A stretch of 64,000 bases of DNA from Octopus sinensis (GCF_006345805.1 NC_043012.1:45074001-45138000), one strand, 5' to 3'; positions 39,665-55,094 are shown, counted from the stretch's first letter. The notes: generated by a model from the letters alone, not told the origin. A program made the numbers and translations.

Positions 39665-40450
39665 CACATATATCAGGATGTGTGTAGAAGTTTAACAGTA
39701 GTATGTACATGAATCAAATTTTTTTTTGCGGTCATCACTGGTAATTTTTAGAAAAACGAGATAAAGTAAATATAGAGAAACATAGGATACAATTTGTGTG
39801 TAAATTATAAGATACAAATAAAATGAGGTCAGATAGGCCAAGTAATATGTAAACTAGAGAGTCGTATTCGAACTAGTATTACAAAATTAAGAGGGGGAGT
39901 AATACATCAGCATTAATCCTGGTGATTTTCGAATATTTTGTGAAATGAAGTCAAATAAAGTTTGGAACTCTTTCCTTCATGCGTATAGAAAAATAAGGAC
40001 ACTAAACTTTCTCCAGTTACATCTGAATAAAAAAAAAACATGGTGCAGATATTGATATCAAGTAGAAGTTATTGACCGATACAGCACATATGGAAACGTA
40101 ATATCTAGTAAAGATATTTGATACTCAGTTGAAAAGAGTATCAAATAGTTTCACTAAATTTTTTTTTTCTACTACAGGCAAAAAGCTTGACATTTTGGGG
40201 GAGAGAGCTAGTTGTTTACAGCGACCCCAGGGCCCAATCAGTACTTATTTTATCGGTTGTGAAAGGATGAAAGGCAAAGTTGACCTCAGCGGAATTTAAA
40301 CACTGATCGTAAAGATCTTTACTAAATATTGTCACGTTAATATCTAACTCCGAAAATATTGTAATATTAAGATATCCAATTAAACGGACAAGCAATCAAA
40401 TATTACATAGTCTTCATATGTCACAATCTCACAGTCTTAGAATTTATATA

Positions 40451-41347
40451 TATGTAGTATGATCGATCAGTAGCCGACCTGTTGCCATAGTAACAAAGCT
40501 AAAGCACACACAGTGACGACTCTTGGCACAGATTGACCTTGAACTCTACTGCGCATGTGCGCTAAGGTTTAACGTTCTAGCTTACTTTCGCTATTTACGG
40601 CACTGCTTGGAAATAACGTGTGCAATATGTGATCGTCGCATTGATAATGACGGAGAAAATTGAAAAGAGAATTTGCACCACATTTTGCCAAATGCTTGGT
40701 GATACCTGTTCAGAGGCCTACACAAAGTTTTCAAAATGTTTTCATCGTTCTTGACACAATGAAGGAGATCTTGTGCAAATGAAGCCCGAGTGTCGTTTTG
40801 GTCAACTGAAAACAGTTTTGGCACAAACTAGGCAGACACGCGTCTCATACCCAAATCTTCAGCGATCATGAACTGAATTGGACCGTAATTAATCTGCACA
40901 TCCTCTTATAACTCACAGATGGTAATTCGACGAATTACCATCTCAGTTGCACGCACATCTGCGATGTTTTTTCTCAGTTTTGCTGGCTGCAGGTCTCCCA
41001 AAACGTTCGTCAATATCGACATTTTTTCGGCTGCCTTGGAAGCGTCTGAACCACTCGTACACCTGTGTACGACTCATACACTCTTCTCCATACACTTTTT
41101 GTAACTTTACGTAGGCCTCTGAGATGTTATCGCCATGACAACTTTTCTGTCATGGTCAATGCGACGATTACACGTTACACACCTTACTTCCAAGTCCTGC
41201 TGTAAACAGCGGAAGTGAACTAGAACGTTAAAACATAGTGGGCATATATAACAGAGGTCAAGGTTAATCTGTGCCAAGCGGCATTACTCTGCGGGCTTTA
41301 CCTTCATTGCTATGGCAATATTTCATATACTTATTGATGAAACATCC
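40451..41347. mobile_element. Mariner-derived element made of two inverted 5' ends
   Basis: 40451-~40730 (+) and ~41070-41347 (-) are diverged inverted copies of the 5' UTR plus MTEK...SEAY. The minus copy continues VYGEECMSRTQVYEWFRRF...DLGMRRVSA*FVPKL and there is no catalytic domain. Confidence 0.85.
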
Positions 41348-42909
41348 TATTATTTAGGTGACAGTCTTCAAATTTTACTTATTCGGAACATTGAAAATCT
41401 TAATAATTTCTAATGGTTTTCCGCATGGCATTTTCCTCCTATATTCATGATCTATAATTATTGTTCTTCATCATAAGAATTTTCACTTCATTAGTATGCA
41501 ATGGATATTATCCACCTCCAAGTGAATTGATATGTAATGGATTGTGCAAATGTCGCGCAGCATAAAATATCCAAAAATCGTATTATGAAAGTTTTAAACT
41601 TCATCAAGAAAAAGATGTTTATGTCAGATAAATTTTATTTGGGGATTAGTTATCAACAAACCTCGAAGTTTCTATGAGTTATCTATGATATCATCACACT
41701 ATATCACGTTATAACTACATCTGTGTGTTTTACCTGTACATGATTATCATTGATGTCCGGAATACGGCTTGAAGTGGGTACACCTCTTAGTTGTCAGAGT
41801 AATACTCTGTAATGTTAATTATTTCGCCCTATGTGCGGGAGCTTGTCCTCTTGGTGTACTATAAGGATTTTAAAACACTTGTAATCTGTCCCGTCACCCA
41901 CCCCTCTACCAGTAATTATTTATGCACCATATCCGATGTAAACGACTAACTCAATTCTGGTAATTTCCAATCATTGTGTTTATATTAGAAACAATTAGCG
42001 TTATAACTATCAGAAATCCAGTTAAATTGAGAACCGGCCCCGCTCCAAATTTGTGAATTTGTATGTCAGTTGAGTCCAGGGTTTGACCATTACTGTCCAG
42101 CACGATATTGGTTGTGTGGAGTTCTTCGATTAGGTCTAGTTAGAGTCTCTCTTCTATCAAGACGACATCATCATCTATGTGTTCACATATTTTGTATACT
42201 ATGTATACTTTTAATTCATCACTCCGTATCTTCCATTCTTGCTCACAACCTTTCATATAAACCCACGTGTAAATTGTAACCTGTCCTGGTAATGTTTCCC
42301 GCAACAGATGCCTCTGGGGCAAATAAACGAAAACACTACTGCTACTACTATTATTACTACGACTGAAATTTTCTAGTATCCTGCTGTTGAAAATTATCAC
42401 GCCTATCTGTCGCACCTGGCTGTTGGTTGCTTTAATTTCGATATCATGATAATAACATGTTATTGTCGTTCAAATACATGTAATCAAATCCTGGAATCTT
42501 TTCTCTGCCACCCACGCGAAAGTTGCCAATATATTACGTGCATTCTGTAATTGTAATCGTAAACATTTTTCGCATTTTGTTTTCTAAAACTCTCATTACC
42601 TATACGTATCCATTCATTATACAAAAATGAAAAGTAAATGTCCAATTAATAACACACATATACGTATATACATATATGCATGCATACGCACATATACATA
42701 CATACGTACATATATACATGCATACGCACATACATACAAACATACATATACACATATATGCATGCACATATACTCACACACATATACAATGTACATGCAT
42801 ATATACATATTCATAGACACTAATACATACAACATATATATGTTGTATGTATGTATGTATGTATGTATGTATGTATGTATGTATGTATGTATGTATGTAT
42901 GTATGTATG

Positions 42910-42990
<81 letters not shown>

Positions 42991-43243
42991 TTCTATGTAT
43001 CTATCTATCTATATTAATTTTTACTTGCCTTCGTTATTGGATTGCGACCAGAAAGTTGACCAGAACTGTATTATACAAAGCATTGGTCCAACAAGGCTGC
43101 AGTCAAATGCTTTAAACAAGTAAGAGATAAAAAGGTAATATGTATAAATCTATCTATATACACGCCTATTATCACGTGTTTTCATATATATATATATTAT
43201 AGTAATAAAGGGTAAAATCATTAATGATTTTTACTTGGTGGTC

Positions 43244-43331
<88 letters not shown>

Positions 43332-43930
43332 AGAGAGAGAGAGAGTAGATGTGCGTGTCTATGAAAACGTGTTTATATTTCTACTGAGAAGTTCGATACA
43401 TGTTCAAGAGAATTGAAACCAGGTTAATTTTTCTAATTGATGTTTCTGAATGCCAATCGTATAATCTGTACCTAACACATTTTGATCCTAAATGTTATGT
43501 TCTAAAATTGATCACGGGAAAAGGGAAATAGATTTAGACTTACGTCCTTTCATCCTTCCGCAAACCAATTTTCATTTTATAACATATCTAGATCGATAAA
43601 TCTAATATTGTTGAGATATACTCAGTTGATACAATTATTTCATTTTTCATACAAATTACATAATTACAGTGCAGTTAAATCAAATAAAGCTCTATGTGCT
43701 TTAAAGAAGAATTAGAATCACGTTTTCTCGAAAGTTTTCTCGCCAGGAGCATACAATTCTAGCTGCTAAATCAATGTTATTATAATGGATAAAGACATTC
43801 GAAGGGTTAATTTGATACAATGGTAGAAATCCTGCTATGTCTACCAACCTTCGCTTTTCTCTATCTGAAAGGGCTTTTCCACTCAAAATTTACATGCAAT
43901 CATACTCGACCAGTGTACGATCACTCAATT

Positions 43931-43992
<62 letters not shown>

Positions 43993-45544
43993 ATATATAT
44001 ACACCTATCATGTGATAGGTGACTGACCAGGTTATACATCACTGTTGTTATACATCACTGGCCACAATACTTCTTTGCATTACTTTAGCCTTCAAATGAC
44101 GCCACCCAGCTGGCTAGGCGAGGGAGCCAACATTCCAACCTGATCGAAAAGGGGACTTCAGGAACATGGAATGAAGTGTTTTGCTCAAAAACAATGCACC
44201 AAATCTAAATCTAAATTTTATTTATCTATCGTCCTCAGCAAACTGTATTTACACTCTGTTATCTCACCTTACCATTCTGTGATTCCTTTTGGTAAGTGGT
44301 CACCTCAAGTGCTTTTTTCTATACCTATGGAACTATGTTATTGAAAGCAATGTAAATGGTAACATACAGACCGATTTAAATAATTGTTTGAAAGTAACCA
44401 ACATATAGTTTATGACATATATGTTAATTATAAACTATGAGAAGTTTTATATTCTGTTGTTTATTTGTATTGAAAGTTATATAATTTATATTTTTGGAAA
44501 CATTTTTAATGCTAAATGAGACTGAAATTTCTGCCTAGTTTACCAACGACGATGATATAGTATTGAAATGGAATGCATAATATGATTCGAATGCAAATAC
44601 TAGAGCAAGTTCGATGAAGGGAAGCAAGCAGTCTGAACAGTGTCCACTCTACCTTGTAATTTCTTTCTCAACCATATATTTTTCAAATTAGATATTTTGC
44701 AATTTATTGAGAAGATCTAATGTCAAAATATTATCTTTCATGCAGCAAATGCTAAATAATAAAATTCTATTTCGTCTTCTTTGTCCATAACACAGTTCAA
44801 CAATATTCGAATTTCAGTAAGCTCTGTTACGTTTTCTTTCCTTACTTCGATAGTTTTAGCCATGAACTGTTTCCTACTTAAAATGCAGTATTTATAGTTA
44901 TCTTAGTAAATGTAGACTTAGTCTACTATAGTTTACAAAACTCCAATCGATACGCAAATGATATTCAATTTCTGGTGGTAACTTCCTAAGACAAAAATTC
45001 CAGTCCGAAAGAAAACCAGTTTTTGTCCAATTTATATTTTCCTTTATTTCCATAACTTCCAGTCACTTTCTCTCTTCACTCTTCTCTCTCTTCCCATCTT
45101 CCCCACTCTTTCCTTATCTCTTCTCCATTTTACATAACAGAGTCTACATCTAAATATTTCTCATGCTTCTGATAATCTTATTCCTTATTATTGCTGATAC
45201 TACTATGGATATTCTTCGCTTAAATATTGTTTTGCTTATTAAGTTACTCTCATTGTTATTATTGCAATTATGGTTAGATTGCTTCCAGCACACTCTCCCT
45301 CTTCTTCTTTTCTCCTTTCTCCTCATTCCCCCCTCTCTCTCTCTCACACAAACACACACGCAAGCACGCACACACACTCACGCATACACACACACAAACA
45401 CACACACATATATTTTAAATTATGCACAATCTTTTGCTTATGAAGTGGACCGTATACGTACGTACCAGTTAACAATTATTAGTATATTTGTATGGATAAT
45501 TAGCAAATTTTAGTCGTTTTTAAGCGAGCATTTATTTAATCTAC

Positions 45545-47750
45545 TAGGTTTTTGTTATTTTTGCATGTAAGCCCAGGTCACCAAGCAGAATGAACAGGGT
45601 TAGTGTGAGGACCAGTACATCCAATGTTCCAAATATACCATGCATACATCTACATGTCAACTCAACTTCATACTGAGAGATGAAATATAGGGAATGAAAT
45701 TCCGCTGTATTCTCTCCCCTGCTCTTTTGATTTCTGTAACATTGTAGATTCTGATGGTGATGGGTCACATTGAAAGCGACTTGGTCAGTTACAATTACTG
45801 CTATCTACACATAATATATACAAATGGATTTAGGGCTTATAACGCTATTAGCTACTGTAATTTTTACGGTGTGAATCTGTTTATGTTTGTAAGGGATTTA
45901 CATTTTTGAGTTGGTATCTGGGAGTTTGGGGATGACTTTTTTTGCATATCGTCAAGACTGAAGTAAGTGCAGCATCAGTCTCTGCTGCTCATAACACGTC
46001 TAGGATGTCTTTCAACTTTAGCATTTTTATTATAATTTTTTGTGTGTAGTGGATTAACAATTGTACACCGATATGATCGGCATACAATTTGTGAGGATGT
46101 GACGTGAGTGAGCTATCTGGATCTTCTTGAAATAATATATTGCTTTAGGTTCTAGGAATTGGGGTCCTAGTCATTACAGGCATAAATTTATAATGGACCT
46201 AAATAATCCTTAGCACATCACTGTTATTTCTGAAGGCCAAGTATATGTAAATGCTTTAAGGTGCGTGTACTACTCTTTAGTTCCTGTTATTATGTCTCAG
46301 CATATACTGTGGACGTATGGTATGACATTTCTAAAATAGTTTTTATGCTCATGCTGCTAAGTGTTATGGTTGGATGTATTTGATATTCTCTTGTGTTGCT
46401 ATTCACAAGAAAATAAGTGTAGAATCAGCAATTGTTTTGCAGTCAAGTTTCTAATTGATTAATTTAAGGTCGTAGTTACGCAGTCTCCTCTGGAAAATGT
46501 TGGCTGAATGCTAGTACAATATCATCAGCAAGGTGTGTATTTTAGGAGGCGTGGGTTGGTTGTGTTAGAAGTATAGGCTAAAAGTAATCAGTGAGAGATC
46601 AGATTTTCTTTCAGGAGATTTATCAGACGACCCGAGAGACTTGTTTTGGATCATCATATGATGTTATTTAAAGAGGTATTAATTCATACATTAGTGGATA
46701 GCAGAGGAAGGAGCAACAAGTTTTATTTATGCAAACAGGAGTTAGTATGATACATGTATATGATTTGCTGTACTTGAAGCCGCAAATTGCTTATGATTTA
46801 ACAAGCGTTGGGATACATGTAATTTATAGAGGTGTATATAAAGTGGGGGTAATGATGTTAAAAAGGGACTTTCTTCAACATGTTGAGGGTGTAATCAGAA
46901 AGGAGATAGGTCAATGAAATGATGGTTGATTTGGGGTTTTGTTGGACCTTAGAATTATAGGTATATTGTAGCGTTTGTAAGATTCCCTAGCGTAGCTAGC
47001 GAGATTTTCCTAAACCCTTTCGGTTGTGTTATAGATAGAAAAGACCCAGTTCATCGTATAGGTAGAACGAGCGTATTCTTCCTTTTGCATTCCCGTTTAC
47101 CTTGTATATTTAGGGGTCAATTTGTGGAAAATATAGATGAGGTCATAGGAACACTTCTTGTTGAAATACAACCATGCTATGTGAGGTACTCATTCTAATA
47201 AGAGGTGTGATGTGGAGGTTGCACTTGCAGAAGGCAATGCTAATAACGTCGCCTTCGTATTTGTAGATTATGATGGATATAAATATTTTCAATCTGTTTT
47301 GACTTTCTTACTACTTTGGATTATTGCTTTTATAATTTCTTTTTTTAATTTTAAGACTATTTCCTTTTATTTCTGTTATATATGTTGTTGATATATTCTG
47401 GTTGTGCATCTGAGGTTGTATTTTTATTGGGTGCATCTACTGTCATTTTGCTGATAACATGTACTGCAGTGAGTATATTAGAACATTAGCATATATGAGT
47501 AAATATTTATATTAGTATATACAAACGTTGAACCTCTTCTTTGTTGAAACAAAATGGACTATGTTCTTTAGGAGTTTGTGAAGAAGTTATTTTATTCCTT
47601 GAAGTGTAGCTGTAGAGTAATAAAGATGCATAAGTGATAAGAGGAAAGTCTGAACATTGATATTTGCTGGTATTGTAATCGACGGGGTTACATATATGTC
47701 TGCATTGGTATCGTCTATTTATCATGTAAAGTGATTAGGGCCGGGATATT
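45545..47750 (-). mobile_element. Highly decayed non-LTR retrotransposon (LINE) 3' portion
   Basis: Fragmentary RT-like words on the minus strand (PIS-L, CGFK-SKS, SDLSLITFSLY, HLADDIVL) occur in the expected order. There are many stops and the clade was not determined. Confidence 0.45.
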
Positions 47751-48094
47751 GTTGTGTCGTTAGAATATTGGATAGCGTAATATGTAGTGTATATTCTGTC
47801 TTTCTGTACACTGAGATCATATCCTTTGTCCATAATTCTTTCAGGGACGATAAAGTACCAGTCAGGGAGAGTATATTGACAGGATTTTCACGGCATCATT
47901 CCCTAGGACACTTGTACCAAGCTGTGTCACTTCTGCAATTTTCCTTGCACAAGATAAGTAGAGTGGAATGGAGAGACTTGCACTCAGGGTAACTGCCGGT
48001 CTTCTATTAAAATCTTGTCCAGCTCTACATATTAGTGAGAAACTTTCCCGCTACAGATCGATGGTTTCGTAAGGCATTCATAGGCCGAGATTCT

Positions 48095-48560
48095 TTTGCT
48101 TCTTTTATTTGTTTCAGCCTGTCGACTGTGGCCATGCTGGGGTCCTACCTTTAAGAGTTTAGTTACACAAATCAATCCCAGTACTTGTGTGTAAGCCTAG
48201 TCCTTATTCTGTCGTTCTCTAATGCCGAAGCGCCAAGTGACAGACTTAAATTAACCAATACCGGTTGTTCAAGCTGTGGTGGATGACAAACTCAAAGTAA
48301 ATGCAAAGTGACGTACATAAATACATACATACACACATACGTATATATACATACATGCATGCATGCATGCATGCATGCATGCATCCATCCATCCATCCAT
48401 CCATACATACATACATACATACATACATACATACATACATACATACATACACACACAGATACACATGACTAGCTTCCGAACAGTTTCTATCTCGCAAATT
48501 CAATTCACAAATCTAGCAATCTGAGACTACAAAAAGTTTCTACGCCGTGGAATGGAATCC
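48095..48560 (-). mobile_element. SINE family B, diverged copy with expanded internal tetranucleotide tract
   Basis: tttcagcctgtcgactgtggccatgctgggg...gtaagcctagt...ccggttgttcaagc match the family B tail. Confidence 0.6.
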
Positions 48561-50576
48561 GTAATCTTGACCGTACGGCTTTGTATATTCTTTTAGTCTA
48601 CCACAGGAGTCAGTCATTCTACAGAGGCCATCCCAGCGCAAATTCTTTAGTCGATCACATCGAGTGCAGATCTTATTTTAGTTTGTTACCTATTCAACAT
48701 AGTTTTTCGAACCGATAAGTGACCAGAGAGTAAAGAACATAACATGCAATATCTATTTGTATTTGAGAACAGAAAAGACACACACATATCGACGAAAGAC
48801 TTCTAATATCTTTCCGTCTACTAAAACTTCAGTTATGATGTTATGGTCTGCATGAGGTTACAATAACTGGCCATAACCCAAGGTTTGCGCATTGGGATGA
48901 AACCTGCCATAGGTCCTCTTTACAATAATTTTGAAAGTCGCTTTAAGCCATGTACCATGATTCATTTATTTTAATTATTTTTCCTTTGTTTTGCTTGTAT
49001 TTACTTTCGTTTTTATGTTGACCTTTGTGAATCACTTTTTATTTGCAATCAACATCAGACGATGCCTTCATCTTGTGACTAATGCTCTTCTTTTCGGCAA
49101 TTCATAATCGAGCAGTATTTCTGTGACCGAGAACTTGGCAGTGACTTGCAATAGCCTGTTGTGTGATTCTTCACTATTTTGCTTTTATGTTTTGAAACTC
49201 TTTTCTTCATTATTCTCTTTCGTTCACATAATTTATTAATTCTTGTATGAAAAATAGCAGAGCCATGCTAAAATAGGTTAATGCAGCAAAACAATAATGT
49301 ATGTAACGGGTATATCCTGAGGCCATCTTAGCAGGCGGGCCACCTGGGTTGGTAGAGACAATGGCATCACACATGTCATTAAACATACACAAATACATAC
49401 ACACAATTAAGATACATTACTACACACAAGACAGATACTCCACTACACGTGATACACATACCTCTAGAACTAGAAATGCGCACGCTCCATATCACATTTA
49501 GAACTAACCATTCAAAGACACATACACCGCTGTACACATAGAAGTACATACAGATATAAATACATCACTACCCACAGGACCATACTACTTCACCAAACTT
49601 TGAACTGTAAGTACGTTAGATCAGACTGATTGTTATAACGCACAAACATGTATGTGAACACGCGTCTACGATCAGTTTGACTACTGATATTAGAAGTTTG
49701 GTTGCTGATACTTCAGCTGACAATTGCGTCGTGGAATAGATTCTGTAACCATACTGTTTTGTTTGTCTGTCTTTGTCTGTCTGTCTGACATTCTGTCTTT
49801 CTGTCTGTTTGTCGCCTATCTATACATAGTTATTCCATTTTTTTCTCTCCATCAAAATCTGTCTCCATCATTACACTTTAGTTTTCAATATCATGCTCTC
49901 ACACTTCGAATTCATATCCAATTCTGTTTCTTTTTCCTATGCTTGTCGTTATTCTTAATAACCCCCCAATCTCTTTACCTTTATTCTTCGATTGTGGAAC
50001 TTCTCTAATTATCCCGCTCTATTGTAGATTCAATAATTCATCTTTGATAATTCTCTCTTATTAATTTCTTGCGTTATCATCCGCTGTCTGCTTGCCTGTT
50101 TGCTTGTTTGCCTGTCAGCTGGCTGATTGGTGATGACTCCCCCACTCTCTCTCCCTCTCTTCCACTCTAGTAATTTCACACCTACCCATTCATCCCTTTA
50201 ATACTTTTCTTTTCATAACACTTTGTCTTCTTACCACTACTTTCAGCATAACAAGGGTCTTAAAAAATGGCATAGAGAGTAAGACGAACAAGCAAAAAAA
50301 GCTATTTGGTCTTTCAGTTACATAAATTATGGATATCAAGTGTAGGACAAAAGCATGTATCAAAACCAAAAGTTTCAGAGAATCTCATATCTGATGTTCG
50401 TGCATATTCACACGGAATGTGAAGCATATTTAACTGAGAATTGAAACTGAATCTCGGATTTGGTACAATATAATGCTTTCATTAAATAAATGCTGCATGC
50501 AGATACATGCATACATACATACTTACCCAAACTCCTTTCCGACTCAACACAAGACATATATGCACATATGTACCCA

Positions 50577-50579
<3 letters not shown>

Positions 50580-50611
<32 letters not shown>

Positions 50612-52104
50612 AACCTCCTCTCGGACTCAACACAATGCCCCTCCTCTCTGACACATACCCATTTTTAAAAGAAACTGTTTACTCAATCTTTTTTATCCCC
50701 TTTTTATTCATTTTTTCATTCGTTTATTTTTGTTTCATTATTTTCTACAACTTTTTATATATTTTTTTAATAATTTCTTTAATAATAATGTAATTATTTA
50801 ATAATAAAGAAAAAAATCTTTTAAATAATGTTTTTATCATTTTTATTTCAGTTGCTGGTTCTGTTTCTCTTCCTGATTTATTTATTCACTTAATCATTGT
50901 CACTTTTTATTTATTATTACTAATTTTTATTTTTCATTTCTCATTATTTTTCATTATTCATTTATTGATTAAGGTGGCGAGCTGGCAGAATCGTTAGCAT
51001 GCCAGGCGAAATATTTAGCGGTATATCGTCTGTCGCTACGTTCTGAGTTCAAGTTCCACGGAGGTCGAATTTGCCTTTCATCCTTTCGGGGTTGATAAAT
51101 TCAGTACCAGTGAAACACTGAGATCGAATATCCTAACCGCATGAAAATAAGCAATATCACTTCAGCACCACCGTGTAATATTATCTGAGAAGAAAATTGC
51201 AGCCGGCTTCCAGGTTGACTCACAACTAGATTGATTAAATTTTGTAAACCATACACCAGAATACTTTTCTGTGTCTCTCCTGGCTCAACAACAATAGTCA
51301 CGCTCCATTTCTTCAGAACAGTGAATGTCTTGGCATATCCTCGTTGTTTTTGCCTTCTCTACGGCACGAATTCTACCTGTATATCATGTCGCTGAAAACT
51401 TTTTCTACATCTAGTTTGAGTTCTCTATTCTTTTAAAAATCAGCCGCACCTCTAGTATCACTTAAATATCTTTATCGTCCTCTTTTTAGCATTTTTATAA
51501 TTTGTACGGCTATTAGTTTATGAACAACTAATATGGAATTCCGAGGAGGAGACAAAAATGTGAGAGATTTCTTGGCGAAACCGACACGAAAATGCATAAG
51601 AGCACCAAGATATGAATCGTCATCAAGAAATGGAAGAATGCCAATGTCGTGGAGTGCACAGTACTCATCTTTATGTTATAGTTTCCATGAGATTTTCCTA
51701 TCCTAATATGCAAAATTTTAATATTCAAATGTTAAGATTATAATTAAGTTTTAGTCAATCATGCAAATTTAAAACGGTGCCCAAATTTGTGATGCAAAGG
51801 CAATATCAAAAATTTTATAGATGCTATAGAACAAGGCATTGCTTCAATCTCATTTCTTGTTGAGTAGAAGATTTTTGGTCCTCTTGAGCTCTAAACTTCT
51901 TACAGTATTTTCTTGAACTCCTGAAATTGAACCTAATCGATTATTGGGCATGGATTGATTATTTTCTCCATTTTCTTCAATATGTTACGTAACTTCATTT
52001 TACTTCTTTGAAGTTTTCCCTAGTACTTGTTTGTTCCTTTATATATTTGTTATTGCAGCCTAGTTACTTTCCGCTTTGTAGCTTATATATATATACACAT
52101 ACAT

Positions 52105-52151
<47 letters not shown>

Positions 52152-52160
52152 CATACACAT

Positions 52161-52204
<44 letters not shown>

Positions 52205-53692
52205 AACCTCCTCTCGGACTCAACACAATGCCCCTCCTCTCTGACACATACCCATTTTTAAAAGAAACTGTTTACTCAATCTTTTTTATCCCCTTTTTAT
52301 TCATTTTTTCATTCGTTTATTTTTGTTTCATTATTTTCTACAACTTTTTATATATTTTTTTAATAATTTCTTTAATAATAATGTAATTATTTATAATAAA
52401 GAAAAAAATCTTTTAAATAATGTTTTTATCATTTTTATTTCAGTTGCTGGTTCTGTTTCTCTTCCTGATTTATTTATTCACTTAATCATTGTCACTTTTT
52501 ATTTATTATTACTAATTTTTATTTTTCATTTCTCATTATTTTTCATTATTCATTTATTGATTAAGGTGGCGAGCTGGCAGAATCGTTAGCATGCCAGGCG
52601 AAATATTTAGCGGTATATCGTCTGTCGCTACGTTCTGAGTTCAAGTTCCACGGAGGTCGAATTTGCCTTTCATCCTTTCGGGGTTGATAAATTCAGTACC
52701 AGTGAAACACTGAGATCGAATATCCTAACCGCATGAAAATAAGCAATATCACTTCAGCACCACCGTGTAATATTATCTGAGAAGAAAATTGCAGCCGGCT
52801 TCCAGGTTGACTCACAACTAGATTGATTACATTTTGTAAACCATACACCAGAATACTTTTCTGTGTCTCTCCTGGCTCAACAACAATAGTCACGCTCCAT
52901 TTCTTCAGAACAGTGAATGTCTTGGCATATCCTCGTTGTTTTTGCCTTCTCTACGGCACGAATTCTACCTGTATATCATGTCGCTGAAAACTTTTTCTAC
53001 ATCTAGTTTGAGTTCTCTATTCTTTTAAAAATCAGCCGCACCTCTAGTATCACTTAAATATCTTTATCGTCCTCTTTTTAGCATTTTTATAATTTGTACG
53101 GCTATTAGTTTATGAACAACTAATATGGAATTCCGAGGAGGAGACAAAAATGTGAGAGATTTCTTGGCGAAACCGACACGAAAATGCATAAGAGCACCAA
53201 GATATGAATCGTCATCAAGAAATGGAAGAATGCCAATGTCGTGGAGTGCACAGTACTCATCTTTATGTTATAGTTTCCATGAGATTTTCCTATCCTAATA
53301 TGCAAAATTTTAATATTCAAATGTTAAGATTATAATTAAGTTTTAGTCAATCATGCAAATTTAAAACGGTGCCCAAATTTGTGATGCAAAGGCAATATCA
53401 AAAATTTTATAGATGCTATAGAACAAGGCATTGCTTCAATCTCATTTCTTGTTGAGCAGAAGATTTTTGGTCCTCTTGAGCTCTAAACTTCTTACAGTAT
53501 TTTCTTGAACTCCTGAAATTGAACCTAATCGATTATTGGGCATGGATTGATTATTTTCTCCATTTTCTTCAATATGTTACGTAACTTCATTTTACTTCTT
53601 TGAAGTTTTCCCTAGTACTTGTTTGTTCCTTTATATATTTGTTATTGCAGCCTAGTTACTTTCCGCTTTGTAGCTTATATATATACACATAC

Positions 53693-53744
<52 letters not shown>

Positions 53745-53749
53745 CACAT

Positions 53750-53815
<66 letters not shown>
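50580..53815. repeat. Direct tandem duplication, ~1593-bp unit, breakpoints in (TA)n; each unit contains a SINE family A 5' part (50972-51128, 52563-52720)
   Basis: gtccaacctcctctcgg occurs at 50608 and 52201, and ORFs are duplicated at a 1592 offset. Only a few substitutions separate the copies. Confidence 0.95.
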
Positions 53816-53822
<7 letters not shown>

Positions 53823-54413
53823 TATATATATATACATTTAAATATTTGTTGTGCAAGATTTTTTATGTGAAGTCGTGTGTTGAAACATATATTGTTATAT
53901 TTCGGAATGGTCATATTGCCAGTTTAGCCAATAAAAACACACGCACTATATATTTGGTGTTATTTTGCTTCAGTGATATTTATCTTTTACATTAATCTTA
54001 ATCTTATTTCGGCCAAAGTTCTTTCGTCACACTCCTGTGACCGCATCAGTGGTCCTTTGTTTTCTTCTCACTTACTTGTGTCTCTCCTTACTAACCGTCA
54101 GCCATTTTGTATTTCTATTGTATGTCTTCATTTGCGCATGCTTATATCTCTATGTGCGTCTATGTTTATTTAGTGTGTGGGGGGGGGGATGCCTGTAATA
54201 TTTGTATCTTCTGGTTATATACATTCTTGTAATTTGTATTTGTTTTTGTTGTTGTTGCTTTTGTTCTAATTTTGTTCATGTGTTTACATCCACCCATTAT
54301 TATCATTAAATATGCTTGTATGTATGTATAACAACAATATTAGTAATAATAATAATAAATCTAATCGAAAAAAAAAAGAAAAAATATACATATACATATA
54401 TATATATACATAC

Positions 54414-54793
54414 ACTAGCAGTATCGCCCGGCGTTGCTCAGGTTTGTAAGGGAAATAACTATAAAGCATTTTTAGAGAGTTATAGCCAAAAATAGCAAAA
54501 AAATGGGGAAAAAATGATGGTAAATTTTTTTAGAGTTAAAAAAGGTGGAGTTGCGTCCCTAGACGGTCTGTGGTTTGGGTTTTTGATTCTCGACCCCATG
54601 TCGAATGTATCGATTTTTTTCAGAACTGGGGAACTTTTCAAAATTTTCGCTGCGTTAGTTTTGAATTATGACATTGGGCTATGTGTGTGTCAAGTTTCAT
54701 CAGAATCGGTTGAAAGCCGTGGTCAGAGTGAGGGTACGAGAAAACAGACACACAGAAAACGCACAGACAAACTGCCGTTATATAGAGAGAGAT
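54414..54793 (+). mobile_element. Helentron-type non-autonomous element, short form
   Basis: It has an actagcagtatcgcccggcgttgctcagg start and a ~270-bp 3' part shared with 38684-39484. Confidence 0.65.
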
Positions 54794-54844
54794 ATACATA
54801 TACATATACATATATATACTATATACACACATACATACAATATA

Positions 54845-55094
54845 GATATTCATTTCTATTTCTTAATACCTGGTATTTATTATGTTTGCAGGATCCACTA
54901 TGTCATATGTTGTGGTGTGCGCTATTGCTCCATTCTAGTTTTCTATTCAGGCTAGGTTTTTTTCTATTATATGTGTAGCTTCTGTAATTTGTCTAATTGT
55001 TGCATCTGTTCTATGTGTGGACAATATCTTAATCTCTATGTTATTGATTGATCCCCCGTGTTCTTGTTCGGCGTGTTGGTACAGAATCGATGAG

